Part shown: positions 16,476-23,754 of the stretch, piece by piece
Layout: the number at the start of each line of letters is the position of its first letter
How positions within the stretch are numbered: position 1 is the first letter of the stretch
IMG/VR virus record: IMGVR_UViG_3300021400_000023
Source of the DNA: a virus
Direction: 5' to 3' (one strand)
DNA: 54,137 nucleotides
The notes under the pieces: generated by a model
What the model saw: the letters and a program-made list of their open reading frames with translations, nothing else
Told to the model about the DNA's origin: nothing
The model's database searches: none
Program-made: the position numbers and the translations under genes

Positions 16476-16892
16476 ATGAAGTATTATTATTTATATATCC
16501 CCGCTTTGGTTTTCTTCCTGCTGCCCCTGCTCAATGGCCTGCGTGCTTCCGTCGCGGCCCGCGCTGCCGCCCGCGAGAAGGAAGCGAAGCGCGCCGCCGC
16601 TGCCGCCGTGAAGGAGGCCGCCGAACAGGAGAAGAAAGCCCGCCAGGAGGCCCGCGCCGCTGCTGCTGCCGATCCGGCCCAGGAGCCGAAGCGCAAGCGC
16701 GGACGCCCGCGCAAGAATCCCATGCCGGAGCAACGCCACGAAATCATTTTGCCAGAGGAAACGCCCGCCGCCGTCCAGGAGGAGCCGCCCGCCGTCCAGA
16801 TTATGACGATCCAGCGCGCGAGCATCTTCCCGAACGTTGACAAGATGGAGCCGCCCTGCACCCCGGAAGAATTTGCGAAAAAATTTTGCTGA
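16476..16892 (+). CDS. Membrane-anchored protein with AT-hook-like KRKRGRPRK
   Basis: ATG follows AAGGAGG. The N-terminal hydrophobic segment is YLYIPALVFFLLPLL. Confidence 0.6.
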   Translation: MKYYYLYIPALVFFLLPLLNGLRASVAARAAAREKEAKRAAAAAVKEAAEQEKKARQEARAAAAADPAQEPKRKRGRPRKNPMPEQRHEIILPEETPAAVQEEPPAVQIMTIQRASIFPNVDKMEPPCTPEEFAKKFC

Positions 16893-16912
16893 AAAAAATT
16901 TGCGAAAAGGGG

Positions 16913-16965
16913 TTGACAAACGGGGTACACCGTGTTACAATCCCAAACGTGGACGGGGTACACCG
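16913..16965 (+). promoter_or_regulatory. Island promoter cassette P3 (TTGACA-17-TACAAT) with two ACGGGGTACACCG repeats
   Basis: ttgaca at 16913-16918 and tacaat at 16936-16941. The repeats are at 16920-16932 and 16953-16965. Confidence 0.75.
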
Positions 16966-17005
16966 AACACAACACCGCGAAATCATTTTGAAAGGAGCCA
17001 ACACC

Positions 17006-17548
17006 ATGAGCCGCTATTATCTTGACATCATCAACGCAGAGGAAACGGAGAACGCCCGCAAGAAAGCCGCTGCCGCCATTTCCGGGGATCGCCGCCGCGC
17101 TGCTATAAAGCGCATTGTCGCCGAAAAGCTAAAGGGCCAGTACATCACGAAGCGCATTGAGCCGAGTATGTTAGCCATGTTCCCCGGCGCTGTTCGCTGC
17201 TATATGAGCCAGTCTTATGACCACGTTGATTTGACCGTAACTTATAGCGCAACCAATTACAACAACCGTGAAACGATCATCCTTTGCCAGACCGACAACC
17301 GCCACATTGATGCGGAAAAGCTGATTCAGTCAGCCGAGCAGAACGAACGAGAGGCCGCCGCCCTGGAAGCAACCTTGCAGCATATTGAGGGGCTTGTCGC
17401 TGCCTACAATGGAATTGCTGAACAGTACGCCGCTATTCATAGCGATATGAACAAGCTCTTTGACGAAATCCCCTATGCGGATTATAGCCTTGAACGTAAA
17501 TTGCAGGGGATCACCCCGGAAAAGTTCGCCGAAACCATCCCGGCATAA
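17006..17548 (+). CDS. Hypothetical protein
   Basis: ATG follows AAAGGAGCCAACACC. 180 aa. Confidence 0.65.
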   Translation: MSRYYLDIINAEETENARKKAAAAISGDRRRAAIKRIVAEKLKGQYITKRIEPSMLAMFPGAVRCYMSQSYDHVDLTVTYSATNYNNRETIILCQTDNRHIDAEKLIQSAEQNEREAAALEATLQHIEGLVAAYNGIAEQYAAIHSDMNKLFDEIPYADYSLERKLQGITPEKFAETIPA

Positions 17549-17581
17549 CGCCGCAAAAACATTTTGAAGGAGGCCAACACC

Positions 17582-18244
17582 ATGAAAACCACCATCAACG
17601 CCATGTGCCCCGATTGCACCCGGTTCGGGAAGGATTGCCAGGGGACGAGCTGCCAGACCTGGACGGGCTGCATTTACAAGCAGCGCGCCGACGCCGACAA
17701 GACGATCTGCAAGCCGAAGCTGATTTATCAGCCGGACGCGCCCGAAGATGCCCGCTACAATGTCCAGTTGTGGTATAGCTATGACGGCGGCAAGACCTTC
17801 TATTATGCCGGTTATGGCCGCTTCTTCAAGGACTTCTACGAGGCGGAAGCGTGGCGGAAGCAGCAGCGCAAAAACCTGTCCTACGATCTCATGTTTGGCC
17901 GCCTGGGCAACGGGACAACGGTTTGCAACATGGCCCGCGAGGAGCACGGCGACTATCCCACCATCGCCCACATTGACGATTGCGGCGCGGTTCGCTGGTA
18001 TGTCGATGCAAAGAAGCTCCCGCCCTACGTCCTGGAGGACGTAAACGCCGCCGCGCTGCGGGATATGGCGGAGTTCAAGGAAAAGTTTTTGAAGCTCACC
18101 CCGCTGGAAGCCCTGCGCGCCGTGTATGATACCTTCCCCATGAACACGATCCGGAACGACGTAAGCAAAGAGACCGTCCCGGTGCTGTATGAAATCTATA
18201 CAGAGTTCATGGCCCAGCATGGCTACATGATGCCGGAACAATAA
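17582..18244 (+). CDS. Hypothetical Cys-rich N-terminus protein
   Basis: ATG follows AAGGAGGCCAACACC. 220 aa. Confidence 0.65.
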   Translation: MKTTINAMCPDCTRFGKDCQGTSCQTWTGCIYKQRADADKTICKPKLIYQPDAPEDARYNVQLWYSYDGGKTFYYAGYGRFFKDFYEAEAWRKQQRKNLSYDLMFGRLGNGTTVCNMAREEHGDYPTIAHIDDCGAVRWYVDAKKLPPYVLEDVNAAALRDMAEFKEKFLKLTPLEALRAVYDTFPMNTIRNDVSKETVPVLYEIYTEFMAQHGYMMPEQ

Positions 18245-18323
18245 CGCCGCGAAATCATTCCGCCCGATGATGGCCCGCCGGTTACGGGCCGAAACGATCC
18301 CGCCGGGATCGTCGCGGAAAACC
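18243..18323 (+). repeat. Double-hairpin intergenic element, copy 3
   Basis: Near-identical to 14601-14683. Confidence 0.85.
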
Positions 18324-18358
18324 AACGCCGCAAGATTATTTTCAAGGAGGCCAACACC

Positions 18359-18838
18359 ATGACCGTCAACAAAACCCGCTATTCCAGCTATAACTACAAG
18401 CGCCTTGCGCCCTTCCTGGAGGCCGTGCGCGAGCTGCCGGAACAGTCCTTCACTTTCACGCGCGAGGGCTACGAGCCGCTTTCCATCGAGAACCTGGAGT
18501 ACACTTTCAAGGGCTACCCCGTTTGGGGCATGATGCACACCTACAACATGAACGGCGACACCATGCGCGACCCGGACATGACCTTCCTTGTGGACTTCTC
18601 AACCGGCAACATCATCCCGCACACCTTCCAGCAGGATAATTGCCCCTTCACGCAGTATGGCACCCTGTATCAGGAGGTTTGGGAGGATGAAGGGCATTGG
18701 CGGCCCAGCCTGCGCGCCCAGCTTGACCGCTTCTTGAAAGACTGGATCACAAACATTCTGGAGCAAGGTTTTAAGCCGGAGCAGGCCAGGGAAAACGAAG
18801 TCACCCCGGAACAGTTTGCCGAAGCTGTCACCGAATAA
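18359..18838 (+). CDS. Hypothetical protein; motif H-x-Y-x-x-NGD-x-M-x-DP-x-M recalled from conjugative-element or polyvalent proteins
   Basis: ATG follows AAGGAGGCCAACACC. The motif appears as MMHTYNMNGDTMRDPDMTF. The family assignment is from memory only. Confidence 0.6.
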   Translation: MTVNKTRYSSYNYKRLAPFLEAVRELPEQSFTFTREGYEPLSIENLEYTFKGYPVWGMMHTYNMNGDTMRDPDMTFLVDFSTGNIIPHTFQQDNCPFTQYGTLYQEVWEDEGHWRPSLRAQLDRFLKDWITNILEQGFKPEQARENEVTPEQFAEAVTE

Positions 18839-18871
18839 CGCCGCGAAATCATTTTGAAAGGAGCGCTGAAC

Positions 18872-19192
18872 ATGACATACGAGGAGCTTTTAGAGATCAC
18901 CGCCGAGAAAAAGCGCGCTGCGGTTGCCCAGCTCAACAAGGCCCTGCAAGGCCCCGGCGGTTTCCTGGTAAAGGCCGAGATCGAGCGCAAGCCCGGAAGC
19001 GTCGCCTGGTTGTGGCTTGCGAAGGAGTTTTGTGAAACCCTGGCCCAGCACGTCGAGGAGTTTATGCAGCAGACCGGCGACGTGGATAGCCTGGAGGCCC
19101 GCGAGATCGGCGCTATCTATATGGCCTATGAGGACGACGACCCCGACCTGTACGAATTGCTCCCGCTGGAAGCACAACTATTCGCTGAATGA
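18872..19192 (+). CDS. Hypothetical acidic protein
   Basis: ATG follows AAAGGAG. 106 aa. Confidence 0.6.
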   Translation: MTYEELLEITAEKKRAAVAQLNKALQGPGGFLVKAEIERKPGSVAWLWLAKEFCETLAQHVEEFMQQTGDVDSLEAREIGAIYMAYEDDDPDLYELLPLEAQLFAE

Positions 19193-19201
19193 TGATAATA
19201 A

Positions 19202-19227
19202 GCCCGCCCGTGGGCATATACGCGGGC
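19202..19227 (+). repeat. Hairpin abutting an RBS, copy 2
   Basis: gcccgcccgtgggcatatacgcgggc lies directly before agaaGGAGG. Confidence 0.75.
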
Positions 19228-19242
19228 AGAAGGAGGTACATC

Positions 19243-19488
19243 ATGAAAAGCATCACATTCAAGACCAACGTCGCCGCAACCGGCGCGGCATCCGCCGAGA
19301 TCGTGAACGAGCTACCGGAGCTCGGCGACACCTTCCACGGGCACATTGTCCTGGAAGTAAGCCCCTTCCCCCTGGTGGACGAGCAGGACGATCCCGAAGT
19401 GTATCAATTCGCCGTCTGGAAGCTGCACCTGTCCGGCAACGTCTATAACTACGTTGCGATCCACGAAGCCGACGCCGAGAAAATCTAA
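19243..19488 (+). CDS. Hypothetical protein
   Basis: ATG follows GAAGGAGG. 81 aa. Confidence 0.6.
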   Translation: MKSITFKTNVAATGAASAEIVNELPELGDTFHGHIVLEVSPFPLVDEQDDPEVYQFAVWKLHLSGNVYNYVAIHEADAEKI

Positions 19489-19521
19489 CGCCGCGAAATC
19501 ATTTTGAAAGGAGCCAACACC

Positions 19522-19725
19522 ATGAAAGCCAACACCACCATTGCGAAGATTGCCCATTCCATCCGCCGCTTCTTTGTCGGCGAAGCGTACACCGTCGCCG
19601 CGTGCCTGCCCGGTTACGGCACGTTCACCTGTACCATCAAGGCCCCGAACCGGCAGCGCGCCATGCAGGAAGCGGAAGCGATGGCCGATCCCGGTTTTGT
19701 CCTGTCCTGCGAGCTGGCCGCCTGA
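19522..19725 (+). CDS. Hypothetical protein
   Basis: ATG follows AAAGGAGCCAACACC. 67 aa. Confidence 0.6.
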   Translation: MKANTTIAKIAHSIRRFFVGEAYTVAACLPGYGTFTCTIKAPNRQRAMQEAEAMADPGFVLSCELAA

Positions 19726-19742
19726 TCCCGTCGGGCCGCGCG

Positions 19743-19771
19743 TTGACAAACGGGGTACACTAATTTATAAT
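19743..19771 (+). promoter_or_regulatory. Island promoter cassette P4 (TTGACA-17-TATAAT) with one ACGGGGTACAC repeat
   Basis: ttgaca at 19743-19748 and tataat at 19766-19771. The repeat is at 19750-19760. Confidence 0.7.
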
Positions 19772-19797
19772 ATAGGCATCGAAAGGAGGCCGACACC

Positions 19798-20004
19798 ATG
19801 CCGAGAGGAAACACACCCGAACAGCGACGCGCAAAGAATATTCTTGGCGAGAAGTGGGACAAGGAAAACACCCGTCAAGTCAAGTTCAAGTTCAACATTC
19901 GCACAGACGCGGACATTATCGCCCATCTGGAAGCCCAGCAGAACATCCAGGGCTATGTGAAGCGTCTGATCCGGGACGACATCGCCCGCAGCAGCAAAGG
20001 CTAA
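19798..20004 (+). CDS. Ribbon-helix-helix-like small DNA-binding protein (candidate island regulator)
   Basis: The pattern is a beta strand (RQVKFKFNI), helix (DADIIAHLEA), then helix (IQGYVKRLIRDDI). ATG follows AAAGGAGGCCGACACC. Confidence 0.5.
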   Translation: MPRGNTPEQRRAKNILGEKWDKENTRQVKFKFNIRTDADIIAHLEAQQNIQGYVKRLIRDDIARSSKG

Positions 20005-20274
20005 AGCGTCACGATCATTCTAACGTGCATCTTTCCCGAAAAGGTGCGCGTTATTTTTATACCCCAGGAGGCCCCGCGCGCTCACTCCCGGCTTTGTCAT
20101 AATAGGAGGTTGTGTTAAACGCATACGGAGGAAATCGCTTCCTATTTTATGCGCTAAAAAATAGGCCGGTTTTGGATGTTGTGTTTTACCATGCCCCGAT
20201 ATGACAAACACAAGCCCCACGGCCTGGAAATGGGCATAAAAAGAGCGCCCCCGGATCGCTCCGAGGGCTGTTCT

Positions 20275-20496
20275 TCACTTCCTGCCTTGCTTCTGCCTGT
20301 ACCGTTTGATCGCCATAGCGCGCTTCATTCCGTGTGTGGCGGCCTCTTTCAGCGCCCTTTCCTCCGCCCGCTCCTTCCTCCGCTTCTCGCACCAGGCGGC
20401 AAAGCGGGCGTACCGCTCGCAATCTGCGTGACACGTTGCCGATCTTTCCGGGCAATCCTTTACGCATGGATTGTCCACCACGTCGCCCCTGCTCAT
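20275..20496 (-). CDS. Small Cys-rich protein
   Basis: The ATG at 20496 forms an ATGA overlap with the recombinase stop. The sequence contains CVKDCPERSATCHADC. Confidence 0.5.
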   Translation of the reverse strand: MSRGDVVDNPCVKDCPERSATCHADCERYARFAAWCEKRRKERAEERALKEAATHGMKRAMAIKRYRQKQGRK

Positions 20497-21101
20497 GCCC
20501 GCGCCCGCTTTCCCGTCAGCATGTTCAGCTTCATAAGGCTTTCGTCGATATTCTCCTGGATCACGCCGATGTAAACGAGCGTTTCCCGTTGGTAGCTGTG
20601 GCACAATATCCTTTGCAAGCTCACCACGTCGCCGGTCATTTTGTAATAGTGATAGCCGAAGGTCTTTCGCAGCGTATGGCACCCGATCCGCTCCTCTACG
20701 CCCGCCTCGCGGGCTATGTGGTTGATGATCTGATAGCACCGCTGCCGCGATATGGGCCGGTATTTGTGGGTAGCGCTGTCCTTCTGGCGGCTCTGGAGGA
20801 TATACTCGTCCGCCTTTCTTCCGGCCAGCAGACGGTTGATCTCCCGCCGCGCTTGGGGGTTTATCAGTATGCGGGCTTCCTTCCCGGTTTTCTTGGCCTG
20901 TATCTGCGCGTAGTCCTTGCCCCTCAAATCCTGCACCTTGAACCGCCGGAAGTCACTCACGCGCAGGCTGGTATTAAAGCCAATCAGCAAGATCAATTCC
21001 CAGCACACTTCCCCCGTTTTCCTGTGCTTGTCGTGCTCCCGCGCAATGTCGTAACACTTTTGCAATACATCCAGATCGCGGATGGGCTGCACAACCTTCA
21101 T
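20493..21101 (-). CDS. Short stand-alone tyrosine recombinase (catalytic domain only, 202 aa)
   Basis: Candidate catalytic residues are LRVSD (Arg), CHTLRKT (His-x-x-Arg) and HSYQRETLVYIG (His...Tyr). Confidence 0.7.
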   Translation of the reverse strand: MKVVQPIRDLDVLQKCYDIAREHDKHRKTGEVCWELILLIGFNTSLRVSDFRRFKVQDLRGKDYAQIQAKKTGKEARILINPQARREINRLLAGRKADEYILQSRQKDSATHKYRPISRQRCYQIINHIAREAGVEERIGCHTLRKTFGYHYYKMTGDVVSLQRILCHSYQRETLVYIGVIQENIDESLMKLNMLTGKRARA

Positions 21102-21141
21102 GTGTTTTCACTCCCTTCAATTATGACAAATATAAACGGTC

Positions 21142-21181
21142 AAAAAGAGAAAGCCCCGGCAAGGGCCGTTCCTGCCGGGGC
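21142..21181 (-). terminator. Intrinsic terminator after the holin gene
   Basis: On the minus strand, GCCCCGGCAgg...cTGCCGGGGC is followed by TTTCTCTTTTT. Confidence 0.65.
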
Positions 21182-21188
21182 GCGTCTG

Positions 21189-21701
21189 TCATTCCTTGAT
21201 AGGCTCCTCCGCCGTGTCGGGCGGTTCGTTCGTGCCTCCCTGGGTAATGACGCGGATGTAATCTTCTTTCGTCTTGCAGCCCTCCGCGTCGATCCCGTTG
21301 TCCTCGCAGAAAAGCGCGATGGTTTCCAGCGGCCAATCCTCCAGCGGGGCTATCACGTCGCCCTCAACCGGCGTAATGCCGCCGTCCGTGGCCTGCGAAT
21401 TGGTGATCTCCCTCGTCTTATCGTGATTGAAGTATTCAGATACGGCGGCTTCGATCTCGTCCACGTCAACGTCGAATCCATTTTCCAGCAGCTTTTCGCG
21501 CACATATTCCAGCTTCTTGTGGCCCTCTCCGGCCCCGTAGAGCTGTTCAGCCGCGAAAACGAGCACCTTCACCATGGCGCGAAGGTTGTTCTGCTGGCTT
21601 TCCGTGGTCTTGCTCCTGATCCACGGAATGAGCTTGTAGGTCACAAGCGCCGCAAGCAGCGCGATAATGGCCTGGAATACAGGCGTAAGGTCAATGTTCA
21701 T
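21189..21701 (-). CDS. Holin (LL-H-like)
   Basis: N-terminal TM segment (VFQAIIALLAALVTYKLI) then ...VLVFAAEQLYG...KLEYV. It is adjacent to the endolysin gene. Confidence 0.6.
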   Translation of the reverse strand: MNIDLTPVFQAIIALLAALVTYKLIPWIRSKTTESQQNNLRAMVKVLVFAAEQLYGAGEGHKKLEYVREKLLENGFDVDVDEIEAAVSEYFNHDKTREITNSQATDGGITPVEGDVIAPLEDWPLETIALFCEDNGIDAEGCKTKEDYIRVITQGGTNEPPDTAEEPIKE

Positions 21702-21769
21702 GAACTGTCCTCCTCATCTTGATTTCCTGCGGCGCGGTTGCCTCCGTCGCCGGACGTGCCGCCGGTTGT

Positions 21770-21793
21770 AAAACCGCGAGCGCTCGCGGTTTT
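21770..21793. terminator. Palindromic hairpin AAAACCGCGAGCGCTCGCGGTTTT
   Basis: Perfect palindrome flanked by A and T tracts. The same GCGAGCGCTCGC core recurs at 37650-37675 and 50086-50105. Confidence 0.6.
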
Positions 21794-22130
21794 ACTGTCT
21801 GCCGATGTTCCCCTGCAAATAGTGCATGATGTCGTCGCGCGCTTTTTGCATCTGCTCCCCGTTCCCGTTGTGCAGCTCATGATCCAGCAAGGCCATTATG
21901 CCAGAGCAGAGCACTTGATTGCTTTCCTGCAAATTCTGGATGGCCTTGTCGTGTGCGTCGAGCCGCGACTTATCGGCGGCGAGCTTCTTTGCCGTGTCGG
22001 TGCTGGGCGTCCGCCACTTCTTGAAGATGTCGATCACCTTATCCACCGTGACGATTGCCGCGAATACGGCCAGCAGCACAACCACGGTGTTCATAAGCTG
22101 ATCCGGCGTCACCTTGTCCATAGATTTCAC
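21792..22130 (-). CDS. Lysis-associated membrane protein (possible second holin)
   Basis: One TM segment (VVVLLAVFAAIVTV). It lies between the endolysin and holin genes. Confidence 0.45.
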   Translation of the reverse strand: MKSMDKVTPDQLMNTVVVLLAVFAAIVTVDKVIDIFKKWRTPSTDTAKKLAADKSRLDAHDKAIQNLQESNQVLCSGIMALLDHELHNGNGEQMQKARDDIMHYLQGNIGRQ

Positions 22131-23602
22131 CCCCTAACTTCCGCATACTTGCCGCTGATCCAGGCGACTTGCTTCTTGTACACCACCGCGTGCCAGCCGT
22201 TTTCTGCGGTCGCCACCCATTCCAGCATCGTTCCCCTGGAAACGGCGGTAATCCGGCTAAAGTTCGTGCCATTGCCTACGCGCACATTGACGCTGCTCGC
22301 GGTCACGACAACCGTCTTTCCCTTCGGTTCCTCGCCGGTTTCCGGCTTGTCGGGTTCGGGCTGGGTGGGTGTCGGCTGGATGGTGGTGCCTGCGGAATAG
22401 TTGGGGCGTCCGTACCCTGCGATACGGTTATAGTTGAGCTTGTATTTCTTCTTGGCGACGCCTCCGCCGTTGGCGACAACGCCGCTCGCGGTGCTGGTGT
22501 TGCCCTCCACGGTGTACACATAGGAGTTATCCACCTTGTACACAAGGCCGGTGTGGGAAATGGCGCTGCCGCCAATCCCGTCCGCCGGATAGAAGAAAAT
22601 CTGGTCGCCGGGTTCCGGGCTTTCAAACAGCCTGCCCTTGGCCTTGTAATACTGGCGGCTGTATTTGCATCCGGCCCCGCAGCTTTTCGTCGGCTGGCAC
22701 AGCAGCGCGCGCCCGTCGTCCACGCCGTAAGCCTGCACGAAGCACCAGTCCACAAACACGTCGCACCAGGCGACGCCCTGCTTCCTGCCGTTGTAGAATC
22801 CGGGAATTGCGTCCATGTCGCGGGCGTACTTGGTGTAGTTCTTCTTGCCCGCGTTCCCTGTCTTGCTGTCCAGGTCTTTGTTGCTGGCCTTTTCCAGATA
22901 GCCCTCCTCGGCCAAAGCGATGTCGATTACCTTCTGCCGGTCAAATCCCATGTTTCCCGCCTCCTCGTTTTCGTCGGTGTTGTCCTCGGTTTCTTCGGTG
23001 TCCTCCGCCTCCTGGGTGAACCATTCCAGCGGCTTGTCGCCGTAGAGCATATCCAAATCCACGTTGCCGCTGATCCCGTTTACGCGGCCCTTGCTGGTGT
23101 ATTGCCAAAGGTCGCAGTAGTATTTCGGCGCGTAGGATTTCGCGGGCACGTTGCCGTCGTTCTTCCCCCAATGTGGAATCCACATGATGTCACAAAGGGA
23201 GATTGCCTTTCCTGCCCATTTGTAGCGGGTGTTGATGTACAGGCCAATCTTTTCACAGCCCAGCTTTCGCAGCTCCTCCAGGAAAGCGACGCATACGGCC
23301 TCGGTAGTCGTCGCCGTCTGCGCGCTGTATTCGATGTCCGCGATGTAGAAAAGCGGCCTGCGCTTCGCCTTGTTCGCGCACTCCACGAAGAACCGGGCTT
23401 CCGTTCTGGCCGCCTCGGCGGTTCCGGCCTTGACGTAGTGATACGCGCCGTATGGAATCCCGCAGGCTTCCGTGTATTCAAGATAGCGCTTGTCCGCGTT
23501 GCTGCCGACGCTGGCGCGGAAAATCGCCATCTCCAGATCGTCCCTTGCCTTGCTCCAGTCGATAGCCCCCTGATAATGGCTGATGTCTGCAATCTTTTTC
23601 AC
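22127..23602 (-). CDS. Endolysin: GH25 muramidase, CHAP/NlpC-P60-like and SH3b-like domains
   Basis: N-terminus DISHYQGAIDW...DIEY (GH25). Middle AWCDVFVDWC...SHTGLVY (Cys/His peptidase). C-terminus VNVRVGNGTNFSRI...GWHAV (SH3-like). Confidence 0.85.
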   Translation of the reverse strand: MKKIADISHYQGAIDWSKARDDLEMAIFRASVGSNADKRYLEYTEACGIPYGAYHYVKAGTAEAARTEARFFVECANKAKRRPLFYIADIEYSAQTATTTEAVCVAFLEELRKLGCEKIGLYINTRYKWAGKAISLCDIMWIPHWGKNDGNVPAKSYAPKYYCDLWQYTSKGRVNGISGNVDLDMLYGDKPLEWFTQEAEDTEETEDNTDENEEAGNMGFDRQKVIDIALAEEGYLEKASNKDLDSKTGNAGKKNYTKYARDMDAIPGFYNGRKQGVAWCDVFVDWCFVQAYGVDDGRALLCQPTKSCGAGCKYSRQYYKAKGRLFESPEPGDQIFFYPADGIGGSAISHTGLVYKVDNSYVYTVEGNTSTASGVVANGGGVAKKKYKLNYNRIAGYGRPNYSAGTTIQPTPTQPEPDKPETGEEPKGKTVVVTASSVNVRVGNGTNFSRITAVSRGTMLEWVATAENGWHAVVYKKQVAWISGKYAEVRG

Positions 23603-23754
23603 GCCTTATCCTCCTTTTTGCGCTTTCGTCGTATTCCGTGCGGATAGTGCGTCCATGCGATGCCGACAATGCAAACCACGCTGAAAAGAATAAATAAAAG
23701 GGCCAGCGCCCCTATAAAGATCGCTGCTTCCAGCAGTTCACGCGGCAATTTCAT
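23599..23754 (-). CDS. Small transmembrane protein
   Basis: The ATG at 23754 forms an ATGA overlap with the RT stop. TM segment AAIFIGALALLFILFSVVCIVGIA. Confidence 0.45.
   Translation of the reverse strand: MKLPRELLEAAIFIGALALLFILFSVVCIVGIAWTHYPHGIRRKRKKEDKA

Noticed and set aside
20047-20075. A dif/Xer-like site, because GGTGCGCGTTATTTTTATACCCC begins like the XerC arm of E. coli dif.
   Set aside because: Only the first 7-9 bases resemble dif and there is no matching second arm. The likely host is Gram-positive and would have a different dif consensus. I treat it as chance similarity.
20197-21130. A 9-bp direct repeat TATGACAAA (20197-20205 and 21122-21130) flanking the tyrosine recombinase operon, as possible target-site duplication or recombination sites.
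   Set aside because: A 9-mer match is expected by chance at about this frequency in a 54-kb genome read on both strands, and the surrounding sequence shows no further similarity.
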